The notes under the pieces are model-generated. The model had not been told where the DNA came from. It searched no databases and was given only the letters and a program-made list of their open reading frames with translations. Shown piece by piece: positions 34,546 through 46,137 of a DNA stretch of 57,429 nt. The stretch lies in NCBI GenBank assembly GCA_012862495.1, contig BLSG01000378.1:103866-161294 (forward strand), in the 5' to 3' direction. Every line of letters starts with the position of its first letter. Position 1 is the first letter of the stretch. Source of the stretch: Thraustochytrium aureum. Lineage: Eukaryota. The position numbers and the translations under genes are program-made.

Positions 34546-35921
34546 CGTGCCAAGTCGTCAACCAAGTCGGCCGACGTCGGCCAGGAGCACGCCGACGCGA
34601 CGCCAGCCAAGCAGCCAGCCAAGCAGCCAAGCAGCCCAGCGGCCCCGTGCTCGTGCTCGCTCGAGTGCTACGTAGTCGCTGGCATGTCAGCAGGCTGGAG
34701 CCGCGCGCGTCAAAGGCTGTCTGGCCGCGTCCGCTTCCGTTTCCTTCTGCTCTCGCGGCGATGAGCCCATGACAGCCCGCGGGCTTCAGGACCTACACCT
34801 CCTACCGTCGGTGAAACTCGGGCGTACTTATTCAGTGATTATTCCCGGTTTATGATGCTTCGACAGAAACGGGAGAATTGCTTGGTTAAAACAACCATCC
34901 AATGTAGTGGCACCACCTCTCATTGAAGTGGGGCCCGAATTTATACACCTCGTAAAGAGGCCCGAAGGCAGGGGTGGTCGGGAGGGTGCCTTGCGCCTCT
35001 TCCTGTTGGAGCGCGAANNNNNNNNNNNNNNNNNNNNNNNNNNNNNNNNNNNNNNNNNNNNNNNNNNNNNNNNNNNNNNNNNNNNNNNNNNNNNNNNNNN
35101 NNNNNNNNNNNNNNNNNNNNNNNNNNNNNNNNNNNNNNNNNNNNNNNNNNNNNNNNNNNNNNNNNNNNNNNNNNNNNNNNNNNNNNNNNNNNNNNNNNNN
35201 NNNNNNNNNNNNNNNNNNNNNNNNNNNNNNNNNNNNNNNNNNNNNNNNNNNNNNNNNNNNNNNNNNNNNNNNNNNNNNNNNNNNNNNNNNNNNNNNNNNN
35301 NNNNNNNNNNNNNNNNNNNNNNNNNNNNNNNNNNNNNNNNNNNNNNNNNNNNNNNNNNNNNNNNNNNNNNNNNNNNNNNNNNNNNNNNNNNNNNNNNNNN
35401 NNNNNNNNNNNNNNNNNNNNNNNNNNNNNNNNNNNNNNNNNNNNNNNNNNNNNNNNNNNNNNNNNNNNNNNNNNNNNNNNNNNNNNNNNNNNNNNNNNNN
35501 NNNNCTCGGTCGATCGCCGAGAAGAGCGTCCGCGTCAACTTGAAGATGCGCCTCGCGGGCTTGGTCGATCGCTTCTCGGCGATCGAGCGCGGATGGAGAC
35601 TGCGTGCGCGCACGGCGAGGTGCGCGTTGACTCGCGGGAAATGGCACCGCCGTCTGCACCGAGCGCACCTAGCGTCGGGATCTCGCGGTCGGGTTGCGCT
35701 GACGACCGCGCCACGTGATCCTCGTTGCCCTCGACGTTGTCGTTGCCCGGAATGGACGGTTCGCGAACGGCCAATGAGCGGTGTTCGTTTTCTTTTGGAA
35801 GGCTTCACGCCCTGGGCGTCCAGTTGGGTCTCAAGGGTGGAGCTCGCGAAATCTCTAGCTAGAGGCGCAATCCTAGTGGAGAGGCGACGAAGGCCATCGC
35901 GCGCTGCTCGAATTTACTGCT

Positions 35922-37985
35922 CTACATACTCTTCCCGTGGTGGTACCGTGCAAGTGCCGGCCAGGAGGAAAACCAAAAAGTACAGGCGTTTGATTTCTGC
36001 TGCAAACGGACATGAGACGACCTCGCGTCACAGCGCCTGCTGGTGCGCGGCAGGGCTGAAGGGGAGATCGGGAGAGAGGCGCGCGCCTCTGTCCAGTCTA
36101 CTCGCTCCTGTTGAAATGCTGGCTGGTGTTGCAGGTGTGGATGCTGCGCAGGCGGGTCGTTCGGGAACGCGTACTGGTTGCCTGTCGGGGCCCAAGTGTC
36201 ACAGTTTGCACTGCCCGTACTGCTGAACGAGCCAAACTGGAGTGGGACGGAGTCCTCTTGCGGCGAAAATGTTGGGGAAAGTGCCACAGGCTGCACCACT
36301 AGGCTTGGTGAGACCGCACACCCGTCGAACGCACTATCGCTCGGGTTGTGCACGGGCATCGCAATGTCGAGCGGCGGCGGCAAAGCGCCTGATCCCTGCT
36401 GTGGCCCTTGCGGCCACTGATGCAACCCACCAGGTGGATACCGGACGCTCGACGGTGGCAAGGTCGATGGTGCTGCGTCGTCCTGGAAGCCGAACGGCGC
36501 CCAGGCCGATTGCGATGCTCCGTGGCTGGCCTCGCCGCCCCACTGGCCATTGGCTGCCGCGGCCGCACTGCTTGTCGCAGCAAAAGACTGGCTTGAGCCA
36601 CGTATCCATCGTTTGTTGCAGCATATGAACTGCGCGCTGGGCTCGCAAAAGGGTCAAAGTCCGTCTGAAAGGGCGGGCCTGGTGCGGACTGCGCACAGAA
36701 GGAGCTGCCCCAAGTGCCGGCATCTGCCGCAGCTGGTGCGGGCTGCTTTGCGGACTGCTCTGCGTAGACAACATGCCCAGGGCACTCGAAGCACCGGTTC
36801 GGACGCCGGGGCCGTCTTGGCAACTGACGTTGGCTCGGGCTTGGCCTCCTCCCCCCTTGCCGCGCTTGGCTGCGCGTTGCGCTTTGCGAGGCGGCGGCGC
36901 GCCATCTCCGAAACCCTTTTACCTTGTTGGAGACGTTGAGAGTCTCCTGGACCTTGTCGGCGAGCGCGCTGGCGGGGTCCTCAGCGGCCTGCTTGGCAGC
37001 CGCAGCCGCGTTGTCGAGCTTCCAGGACTCGACGCGCAAGAGCTGCTTGCGCGGGCGCGCGCCGTCCCCAGACCCGCGGTCGCGCGCAGGCGGGCCCGTT
37101 CGGGCACCCAGCGAGCTGCTCCGCAAAGTCCACAACGTCGCCGACGCGGGGGCGCTGGTCTGGGTGCACAGTGAGCAGCCACTTGATGAGAAGCACTAGG
37201 TTGTCGGAGAAGACGTGCTCCTCCGGGAACGCGGCCCTGCCCGACAGTATCCCGAGGGTGCCGCCCTCTTCAAAGGCGTGCTTGCCGAAAGCGAGCGCGA
37301 AGAGCACGCAGCCGAGGGCCCAGACGTCAACCTTTTCCGAGATCGCCTTGCCCTCGAAGAGCTCGCACATCTCGGGGGCTCTGTAGAGCGGCGTGGTCGT
37401 TTTCTCGATGATTTCAATTTGCTCGAGGCGATCCTCGCGCGACTCGCAGCGCGTTGCGCCAGCCACGCACGATCCAAAGTCGCACAGGACGAGGCGGCCG
37501 GAGGCGCCCAGCAAAAAGTTCTCAAGCTTGATGTCGCGGTGGGCCACGGGTGGCGCGTGCCGGTGCAGGTACTCGACGGCGCGAGCCATCTGCACGAGCA
37601 TGCGGACCATCTCAGCCTCCTCAAAGGGCTTGCCCTCGGCCTGCCGTTTGCTGGCGTACTCTAGGAGCGACCCGCCAGGGCAGTACTCCATCAGCAGGAG
37701 AACCACGAAGCTGCGCTTTTCGTTCTTGACACGCTCAGCGATGTCGTCTGCGATATAGCCGACCACGTTGGCGTGCTTCATCTGCCTCACCAGCGAGACC
37801 TCGCGTTGCGCGGCGTCCATTTGGGCCTGGGTAACCGGCGCAGACTTTTTTAGGACACATTTCGCGCCGGTCCGGTAATCCTTGCAGAGGTAGACCTTGG
37901 CCTGGCCTCCGTCCGCGAGCTTGCGCACCTTGACCACGCTCACCTCGCCCACCTGCAGCACCTTGCCGGCCCCAAACCCGATCAT
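35922..37985 (-). CDS. NAK-family Ser/Thr kinase (AAK1/GAK/Ark1-Prk1-like) with disordered tail; 3' end uncertain
   Basis: GGQAKVY, HRDIKLEN, LCDFGS, NAK activation segment EIIEKTTTPLYRAPEM, KVDVWALGC. The tail spans several frames and contains a DPF motif. Confidence 0.85.
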
Positions 37986-39420
37986 GTTTCCACGGGGACG
38001 GTCTCCTCGCCGTTTTCGGGCGCGATTTTCCTCCCCCTCAAGCCGTGTGGCGCCGCCGCAGCAGCAGCCAGAGCGGCAGCAATAGATGCGGGACTCGCAG
38101 CCGCTTCCGGCCCGCTCGCAGCGCCTGCTCTAGATGTCCGCGCGGCGCAGCCCTTTCGGGTCTGTTGCGCCTCTCNNNNNNNNNNNNNNNNNNNNNNNNN
38201 NNNNNNNNNNNNNNNNNNNNNNNNNNNNNNNNNNNNNNNNNNNNNNNNNNNNNNNNNNNNNNNNNNNNNNNNNNNNNNNNNNNNNNNNNNNNNNNNNNNN
38301 NNNNNNNNNNNNNNNNNNNNNNNNNNNNNNNNNNNNNNNNNNNNNNNNNNNNNNNNNNNNNNNNNNNNNNNNNNNNNNNNNNNNNNNNNNNNNNNNNNNN
38401 NNNNNNNNNNNNNNNNNNNNNNNNNNNNNNNNNNNNNNNNNNNNNNNNNNNNNNNNNNNNNNNNNNNNNNNNNNNNNNNNNNNNNNNNNNNNNNNNNNNN
38501 NNNNNNNNNNNNNNNNNNNNNNNNNNNNNNNNNNNNNNNNNNNNNNNNNNNNNNNNNNNNNNNNNNNNNNNNNNNNNNNNNNNNNNNNNNNNNNNNNNNN
38601 NNNNNNGAGAGAATTCCACCAACTCGAAGGCGCGGTGGCAGGGCGCCCTTGCGCGACCCTGCATCGAGCAGAAGGCCCCTCGTCGAGCGGGCGGGCGCGC
38701 CAGAGGGAGGGCGCTTACGAGGCGGGCGCGCTGCGTGCCTCGGCGGGCAAGAGCTGATCGCTTGCGCGGCGACAGTCGCGGGGCCTTGCATCTGAACTGA
38801 ACTGAATTCTGTTCTGATGCTGGGGATGGGAATTGTCGCTTGTTCGTTTGGCGTCGAAGCTCATCCATCCCAGAGCAGACCCCCATCGATCACGCGGCAG
38901 CACAAGGAGCCATCGCAGCGCCACGCGGCCGTCGAGCGAGCGACCAGGAGGCGACAAGGCTCCGAAGCGGCAAGCAGGCATCGAAGCGGCAAGGAGGCAT
39001 CGGCGCGAGCTGCTGTGACTGGGTGAGTCCGCGCGCGGGCTGGCACACCGGGCCCAGGCGCGGACGATTCGCGCACGGGGAATTGCAGCGGCAAACGTCG
39101 TGCGCTTTGGCCGGGTTGCTTCAGGGCTGACGGGTGGCTGAGGCAGGCAGAACGACAAAATGGCGGCGAAGCGCACGCCNNNNNNNNNNNNNNNNNNNNN
39201 NNNNNNNNNNNNNNNNNNNNNNNNNNNNNNNNNNNNNNNNNNNNNNNNNNNNNNNNNNNNNNNNNNNNNNNNNNNNNNNNNNNNNNNNNNNNNNNNNNNN
39301 NNNNNNNNNNNNNNNNNNNNNNNNNNNNNNNNNNNNNNNNNNNNNNNNNNNNNNNNNNNNNNNNNNNNNNNNNNNNNNNNNNNNNNNNNNNNNNNNNNNN
39401 NNNNNNNNNNNNNNNNNNNN

Positions 39421-39606
39421 GATGAGGAAGCGGAGTACCTTGCGCTGCACGCCCTTGCGCTGCGCAAACGCATCGAACACCTTGGACATCTTGGTCGTCT
39501 TCTTGACCTTGAAGTACGTCTCCTCGCCAGCCTGTTCCTTGACGCGAATCGTGATGGTCCCCGGTTTCTCGTCGCCCGTCGGCTCGTTCTTCACAGCGTC
39601 CCCCAT
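39421..39606 (-). CDS. SUMO: SUMO, N-terminal part; remainder in gap
   Basis: TITIRVKEQAGEETYFKVKKTTKMSKVFDAFAQRKGV....LRFL is typical of SUMO/Smt3. Confidence 0.92.
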
Positions 39607-39675
39607 GCTTCCCTGCGTCCGCCAACCCGTCAGTCATTCCATCATTCCCTCAGGCATCACGCCACTTGCGTCCCC

Positions 39676-39706
39676 ACACCACCACCACCACCACCACCAC
39701 CACCAC
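39676..39706. repeat. (CAC)n microsatellite
   Basis: Directly visible upstream of SUMO. Confidence 0.9.
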
Positions 39707-40748
39707 CGCAGCGAAGCGCCTCGTCCTCCTTGCGCGGTCTTCGCCGAGCCCACGACTGCAGCCACTCACCTCGCTTTCTCCTGCCCCCGTGCCGCTGCTG
39801 CTCCTCCTGCTGCTCCTCTTGCTGCTCTTCTGGTGCTGCTGCGTTGCGCGCCGCGTTGCGTGTCTGCAGGAGCGCCTGGTGCTCCTGCTCCGACTCGCAC
39901 CTCACTCGCCTTCAAACCCCTATTCCGCGCCGGTTGTATTTGTCACGTGGGCGAACCGTGCGCGAGTGGGCTGGAAAAGGTTGTAACAGCGGGTTCGCGC
40001 GGACGGAGCAGCAGTGGCCAAGGACGATAGAGTGCGAGACCACCGGACGGCACCCTCCCCAGTTTGAACGCCACTCGACCCAGCAGCTTTGACCCTACTG
40101 CACGTTTACTGGGGAACGCACGCTTCCGTTTGGGCGGCCCAGCAGCTCTCGGCTCACTAGCACTGCTTTGGGGAACGCCTGGAAGGCGATACCTGGCCCA
40201 GTAGCTCCCACCTTTTCTGATGCTCTTTCCCAACCCTGCAGCCCATGATCCGCAAGGTTTCGCTTGGGAAACGCCCTGTCTCGCTAACCAGCCCAGCAGC
40301 GCTCACCTTGCCCGTGGGTGGAGGCGGCCCAGTAGCGCTTACCTAGTGGCACGGACTTTGAGGAACGCCTTTTTGAACGCCAGCCACGAGAGCAAGGAGA
40401 GAGGCAGGCAGGCAATCAGGCAGGCAGGCGGGCAGGCGGGCGGGCAGAGACCCAAACTCGAGGCGCGGGCAGACGAACGAGAGGCCAACAGGCTTGCGTT
40501 TGGNNNNNNNNNNNNNNNNNNNNNNNNNNNNNNNNNNNNNNNNNNNNNNNNNNNNNNNNNNNNNNNNNNNNNNNNNNNNNNNNNNNNNNNNNNNNNNNNN
40601 NNNNNNNNNNNNNNNNNNNNNNNNNNNNNNNNNNNNNNNNNNNNNNNNNNNNNNNNNNNNNNNNNNNNNNNNNNNNNNNNNNNNNNNNNNNNNNNNNNNN
40701 NNNNNNNNNNNNNNNNNNNNNNNNNNNNNNNNNNNNNNNNNNNNNNNN

Positions 40749-41855
40749 GCAAGAGCTGGAGCTCTGGTTCGACGCGTTCGAGTCGGCGATGCCGCTACTG
40801 CAGCGAAGGGTACAAGGCGGCAGCATCAGGTTCGAGATGCTCAAGGCCTCGCTGGAGCTCAGCCGGCGCAAGACCTTTTCGCAACAAACGCTTGGCGCGC
40901 TGTTGGCCACGTACCCGGCGACGTGCGCGGTCGCCAGCGACGACCGCAGCCCACCAGGGCTATTCGTCCAGCCCGCAGTGTCGCTAAACGAGCTCAACTA
41001 CCGCGTCAGGACCCAGCGGAGCGCCGACTTTCGGAGGGCGCTAGTCGGTCACATCGAGCGCTGCTTCGAGGACTACGTCGCCAAGGGCGGCAAAAGCGAC
41101 CCTTCGACATGGCGCAGCACGTGCGCCCCATTGACCCCGTGGAGATGCCGGGGCCTGGCCAGATCGCGCCCGCAAACGACGCCAACCAACCAAACAGGCA
41201 AATGTTGCGCGTCCCGCTCAGCGTCCTGGACCGCCAACGGCGCTCGCGACTCCCCCGAGAGAGCAGCGCACCAAAGCGCAGGGCGCCTGGCTCGCCCGAC
41301 GCGTCCTCGGAAAACGAAAACGCGAACCGGCCCGAAGCGCAGCGCGCTCCGGTTCAAGGCAAACGCTTGCGCGCCGGACTCCGGGGCCTTCCCGACTCGC
41401 TGCTCCTCAAAGCCGAGGAGCGGCGAGCGGCTGAGGAACAGCTCGCGCCGTCAAACGTCCTAGCTCGGCATCGAATGCAAGCTCGCGCCTCGCTCCCGTC
41501 GTTCTTTGACGCCGTGTACCTTTTCTTCCGCACCAATCGCAAGACCAAGTGCGAGATGGACAAGCTTGTGCGGACGCTGGTTGAGCGGCGCGGACCAGGG
41601 GCGTTCTCAGCGGTGGCCGGAACGGCCACTAGGCAATGCCTCGTTCGCGAGCAGCTTGAGCTGCTCGTGGCGCTGCTTCCGGAGCTCTGCTCGGTCTCTG
41701 ATAGCAAACTCAACCCCGGCCGGGTTGTCTTCAACATGCAAATCTCCGATGGGCTAGACCTCGGAGCGCTGCGCGACCGCGTGCGGCTTGGGGCAAGCAA
41801 CACATCGACGTCGGCCGACTCGGGCCAGCAAAGCCGAGCGCTCGCTGCGGTTTAG
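40749..41855 (+). CDS. CDT1: DNA replication licensing factor Cdt1; 5' end in gap
   Basis: Middle domain (LELWFDAFESAM..L...F..LK.S.E...RKTF....LG.L...YP..R..DFRR.L) and C-terminal domain (LRGLPDSLL.K..E...LP.FFD.V..FF...K......L...QL.LL..LLPE). Shift near 41125. Confidence 0.82.
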   Translation, partial: ARAGALVRRVRVGDAATAAKGTRRQHQVRDAQGLAGAQPAQDLFATNAWRAVGHVPGDVRGRQRRPQPTRAIRPARSVAKRAQLPRQDPAERRLSEGASRSHRALLRGLRRQGRQKRPFDMAQHVRPIDPVEMPGPGQIAPANDANQPNRQMLRVPLSVLDRQRRSRLPRESSAPKRRAPGSPDASSENENANRPEAQRAPVQGKRLRAGLRGLPDSLLLKAEERRAAEEQLAPSNVLARHRMQARASLPSFFDAVYLFFRTNRKTKCEMDKLVRTLVERRGPGAFSAVAGTATRQCLVREQLELLVALLPELCSVSDSKLNPGRVVFNMQISDGLDLGALRDRVRLGASNTSTSADSGQQSRALAAV

Positions 41856-42101
41856 CCCCAAAACGGCGCCGAGGCAGGCCGCTGCGCGCGCGGGATAACT
41901 CGAAAGGGACGCTAGCCGCGTCCAGGAAAGGGCGTAGCTGCTTGGCCGACCCCGCCAAGGAAAAAGGAAAGGAAAAGAAGAAAAAAAATTGCCAAAGGAG
42001 CTGATAGAGCGCCGTCCACGTCTTCAATGCGCGCGCCCCTTCCCCCCCTCCCTCTGCAGCGCGAGACCTGCCGCAGAGACGGCTGCGCACGCCGCTCGAG
42101 C

Positions 42102-43019
42102 CTAAACCACACCTGGTTGCGGCCCGAACGGCGCACGGCCGTGGACTGCCATCATCGCCGACGTGATCGACTGCCCGACAATGGGGTCGCCCATACACCT
42201 GTTGATGATCGTCTGCAGCTTGATAACGCCGAGCTTGTCGTCTTTGAGCTCCGGAATCGTCGAGAGCGCCTCCGCGTACGCCGGCGACAGGGAATCCTGG
42301 AGCTTGTCGAATGCGAGCTCTTGCTGTCCGCTGTCCGCGAGCGGCTTGAGCTCGTTCCTGTACACGGCATCGACTGTTGCAAGGAAAGTCGGGTCTTGCA
42401 AATGCGAGGAAATCTTGGAAGCCGCGAAGCGAACCTGATCCAGGTTGAGCGTGGGCAGAGACGCTATCCCAAACGCACGCCGCAAGAGCACGGACCAGGC
42501 CTCGGTGCTGACGATGGCCAGCTCCGACATCTCTGGCGTCCCCGCCGCATCCCGCATCATCGCCATCTGGGCCTGCGTGAGCTGCTGAACGCCGCGCTCT
42601 GACTGCTCGAACCCGAACGGCACCGCAACGTGCAGCTGGACATACAGAAAGATACCCAACATCTTGCGCATTCGTGTCGCGTCCATCTCGGTCCCCTCGG
42701 TGTGCTTGATGGCGTCCAGCTCGCGCGCCGGCACGGTGTCGCTTTCCAAGTACATCAGCACCGTCTCTGCCATGTCGATCGCCTGCTGCGTGGTCAGCTT
42801 GACGGGAACCGCCGGGGCTGGCGGGCCAGCTGAGGCGAGACCCCGAGCTCCGCCCTTCTTGAAGGCCTGCTTCGCAACCAGTCCGGCGGGCTGCACCAGC
42901 GCCGGCCCGCCCGCAGTCCGGCGCGCCATCGATGCCGGACCGCGAGCCTCGATCCCGCGTGCCGCGCCGCCGAAGCGAGCTCCAGCAGCCCGGGCGACCG
43001 CCATCGTCGCGGCGCGCAT
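42102..43019 (-). CDS. Hypothetical, probably mitochondrial, helical protein with Protein C10-like segments
   Basis: Arg/Ala presequence-like start. VQLHVAVPFGFEQSERGVQQL resembles the C10 (C12orf57) Q..vi..yGF....eGv..f motif. Intact ORF. Confidence 0.55.
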   Translation of the reverse strand: MRAATMAVARAAGARFGGAARGIEARGPASMARRTAGGPALVQPAGLVAKQAFKKGGARGLASAGPPAPAVPVKLTTQQAIDMAETVLMYLESDTVPARELDAIKHTEGTEMDATRMRKMLGIFLYVQLHVAVPFGFEQSERGVQQLTQAQMAMMRDAAGTPEMSELAIVSTEAWSVLLRRAFGIASLPTLNLDQVRFAASKISSHLQDPTFLATVDAVYRNELKPLADSGQQELAFDKLQDSLSPAYAEALSTIPELKDDKLGVIKLQTIINRCMGDPIVGQSITSAMMAVHGRAPFGPQPGVV

Positions 43020-43504
43020 TTTTCCCGCCCGAACCACCCAGAATGTCCCAAGCCCCAAGCCGGCCGCTCAGCCCACGCCAATCGATCGATCGAGCTAGCG
43101 AGCTAGCGAGCGATCTCCGCGGCCTCGCGCTTGTCCGGCGCCTGCGCTGCGTCTCTCCCGCGTTGGCTTCTGGGCAGGCGGCGCTCGAGGTGCATGCGCC
43201 TCCACAGAATCAAAGAAATAGAATTCAAAACATGAGACGCTCGAGAAATTCAATTCCATGTGGTGCTGGCCATCGCCGAGGTGGCCGCGGGGCCACGGGT
43301 TTGCGCGGACCGCCACCGCAGGCTCGCGGTTCGCAGCATTGAGCCACGCACGGCTTGCTTGGTCGTGTAGCTTGCCGGTTTTCGAGGCTCGGTCCTGAGG
43401 TCGCGAGGCTCGCGGGCCGCGGACGGAGCCTGCCGCCGCGCGCCGGGTTGGCGGGCGCGCGGCTCGGTTGGGAAGAGGCGTTCGGCCTTTGAGATCTATA
43501 CTAG

Positions 43505-44176
43505 CTAGACGAGAAGGTAAAAGCGCAGGAACAGGAAGAAGAAGACGACAAGACCCCCCACGGCGAAGGGCGCGACCTTGCGCAGCCAGGCCAGGCGGTT
43601 GAGCTTTTTGGCACCAAAGTGAAAGTTGCGGCTGTCGTTGACGAGCTTGCTGGAGGAGGCAGAGGCCTGGTCCAGGCGCTCGCCGCGCGCGAGAACGTCC
43701 GCGATGCTCCGCTTCATGATCGACTGGATCTCGCCCAGGTCGTTGCTGAGCTTGCTGGTCGACTCGCGCGAGTTGGGGTCCTGGTACGTGCGCGTCAGGT
43801 TTCGCACAGATCGATCAAATCCGATGTATGCATACGGCCGGTCCACGGTTGCCAGCGCGCGCTCCCAGTCGCGCCCGAGCTCGCTCTCCAGGTATGCCTT
43901 GAACGCTGAGCCGAGCTCGTTCAGGAACAAAAAGCTCAGCTGCTTTGGGTAGGCTTTGTCCACGTTGATCAAATACAGCACGTCCACGCCGCCTGCCGCG
44001 TCGATGGCGTAGTGAAAGCTGTGGTCGCCGCTCTCAAACGTGCAGCGTTTTGGCGAGGTTGCCGACAAGCTCCTAACGATCTGCTTGGCCTCGTCCGACT
44101 GGTGCCCGTCGTTACCGATGGAGGCCACCAGCACCAGGCCGTCCGCCACCCGCGCGATGTACGTCGAGCGGATCAT
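43505..44176 (-). CDS. SEC22: Longin R-SNARE Sec22
   Basis: MIRSTYIARVADGLVLVAS, YPKQLSFLFL.EL...F, RPYAYIGFD, SNARE helix with RGERLD, C-terminal TM. Confidence 0.94.
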   Translation of the reverse strand: MIRSTYIARVADGLVLVASIGNDGHQSDEAKQIVRSLSATSPKRCTFESGDHSFHYAIDAAGGVDVLYLINVDKAYPKQLSFLFLNELGSAFKAYLESELGRDWERALATVDRPYAYIGFDRSVRNLTRTYQDPNSRESTSKLSNDLGEIQSIMKRSIADVLARGERLDQASASSSKLVNDSRNFHFGAKKLNRLAWLRKVAPFAVGGLVVFFFLFLRFYLLV

Positions 44177-44607
44177 GCTCGCTAGAGCGCGCGCGCCCTG
44201 CCGGCAGTCGCGCCTGCGCCGGCCCGCCCCAACGTCGGCGTACACCGATCAGACCAACCCCCGCGGATCCGTCCGTCGAGTGCTGCAGGCGAGGCCCAAG
44301 GCGACGGCCGCGCGGCAGGCCCCGCTCCGACTCACCGCGCCAAGTGCTCTGATGTACGGTTGCTTGCAAGCGCGGCTGGCGGGTCCAGGTACTGGTCCTG
44401 ACCGGGTTGACGAGCTTTCGAGGTTGAGTTGGCAGTCTGCCACGTGGACGGACGCACCCACCCCCGAACGGTGCCGTGCTCCGTACGAGCCCGGACGGAT
44501 GAGAGCGCCGGAGTTGGCGCCGACCGAAGGATGTATACCGGTGTCGCTCCTCCTCTTTGCAAAAAGAAGGCGGCGCCGTCGCGCTGGGGCCAACGCAAGG
44601 TGGGCTA

Positions 44608-44613
44608 GGTTGG

Positions 44614-44654
<41 letters not shown>

Positions 44655-44684
44655 GCTGCTGTTGTTGCTGCTGCTGTTGTTGTT
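44608..44684. repeat. (GTT)n/(GCT)n microsatellite
   Basis: Directly visible. Confidence 0.92.
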
Positions 44685-44955
44685 TTGCTTTGCGTTTCTT
44701 GATTGATCACGGGCTCTACTGAAAGGTAGAGTAGCTGCCGCGTGCTATTGCCTTGCGCGGTCCCACCGATGGCTGCGCCTCGTCGTGGAATATTGTCTCG
44801 CGACGGCCGCAATACATCTCAATTTGCACCTTTGGCGCTCCGGAGGCCTCCGCAAGGTCGAATCACTTGGTGGCAGTCCATGTTGAACGCCGCCGAAAGA
44901 GGCTGCCAACACGGAGGGCGCGCTGCAGCGCAGAGGCTGTTTGTTCTCTTGCTAT

Positions 44956-46137
44956 TCAGTGATGGAATGAGGAGACATGGTGCAGACGCCGGTCCTGAAA
45001 ATATTTGCCACGCTTGACAGACTGCATAAAGGTCGAGAGCCGCGTCGTCGAGCCGCCGGGGCGCTCCCAGTCCACAGCGCAAAAAGCCGGCAGCTCGCCA
45101 GCTTCCCTGCGGGCCACCAACTTGCGGCGGTCCTCAGGCTCGAGCTCCTCGTCATTTTCACCGTACAGGGTTCGCGTCGTTTTCCAAGAGTGACGCACAA
45201 CAGAGGGGTACCCGAACACTGGGTCGGCGTTGGCATGCAGCCAAGCAACAGTGCGCGCGTCGCCAGGGTACCCCGAGCACTCGAGTGCAGTAAACTTGCG
45301 CCGCTTGGCAAGCGGGGCACCATCCATTGCATACTGCTCGCGGAACACCCAAGCCGAAAGCGAGCGGTCCCGGCGCGTCTTGGCAACAATGCTCGCGGCG
45401 CCCACAACCTTGTAGATTGCGTCTGCCTTGGGCTTGACGGTTATGAGAGCGCCGGGAAACTCGCGCTGCAGGCGCTGCGTGTAGGTTTCGCAATTCCCCA
45501 CGGCGTCGACGTAGATTTCAGCCACGTTGACGCCACTAGTGGCAATGCGGCGAATCATGTTGATTGCCGCCATGTAGCTCACCTCGTTCAGGCTCACTGG
45601 ACGCCGCAAGAGCATGTTGGTTGAAATGTACTCGGCCGGCAAGTCGCAGGTCACATAGCCGATGCGGTCCTGCTCCTTCGCGATCACCTTCACCATGGTT
45701 TCGCGCTCGGCTTCGCTCGTTTTCTTCGAGTCGTCAAACCCCAGGCCATCCACGTACGTTTTCTCGCTCAAAGGATGGTACGCCGCGGCGTACACCATAT
45801 CGCCGATGACAGGCCCGCGGCCGGCCTCGTCGACCCCGACAGCGCACGGCGCGCCGCCCTTGCAGAGTCGTGGGACCGGGCTGGCCTCCATCACCGCCTC
45901 AAGTTGTAGCCCTACCTTGTGCGGGTCGACTCTCTCCGTGGCATCGACAACCGTGCCTGCAGCCTCAAGCTTGAGGCCCAGCGCCGTGGCCGAATCCGCG
46001 AGGTCGCAGTCCGCGCTCTCGTCGGCTGTTTCAGAGGGCTGATCCAGCTCGTCCTCGGACAGCTCGACTCCAAAGTCCTCCTCGTCAGCGGCCCGCACAG
46101 CACTTGGCGGGCCGCCGGGCTCGCGGGATTGAGTCAT
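44956..46137 (-). CDS. RNASEH2A: Ribonuclease H2 catalytic subunit A
   Basis: GVDEAGRGPV.G.MVY, DDSK, IYVDAVG, KADA.Y.VV.AASI.AK..RD, SGYPGD, FGYP..VR.SW.T. Confidence 0.95.
   Translation of the reverse strand: MTQSREPGGPPSAVRAADEEDFGVELSEDELDQPSETADESADCDLADSATALGLKLEAAGTVVDATERVDPHKVGLQLEAVMEASPVPRLCKGGAPCAVGVDEAGRGPVIGDMVYAAAYHPLSEKTYVDGLGFDDSKKTSEAERETMVKVIAKEQDRIGYVTCDLPAEYISTNMLLRRPVSLNEVSYMAAINMIRRIATSGVNVAEIYVDAVGNCETYTQRLQREFPGALITVKPKADAIYKVVGAASIVAKTRRDRSLSAWVFREQYAMDGAPLAKRRKFTALECSGYPGDARTVAWLHANADPVFGYPSVVRHSWKTTRTLYGENDEELEPEDRRKLVARREAGELPAFCAVDWERPGGSTTRLSTFMQSVKRGKYFQDRRLHHVSSFHH

Noticed and set aside
35505..35800. Possible exon fragment next to the gap
   Set aside because: Several frames are open but none has a recognisable motif, so strand and product cannot be assigned.
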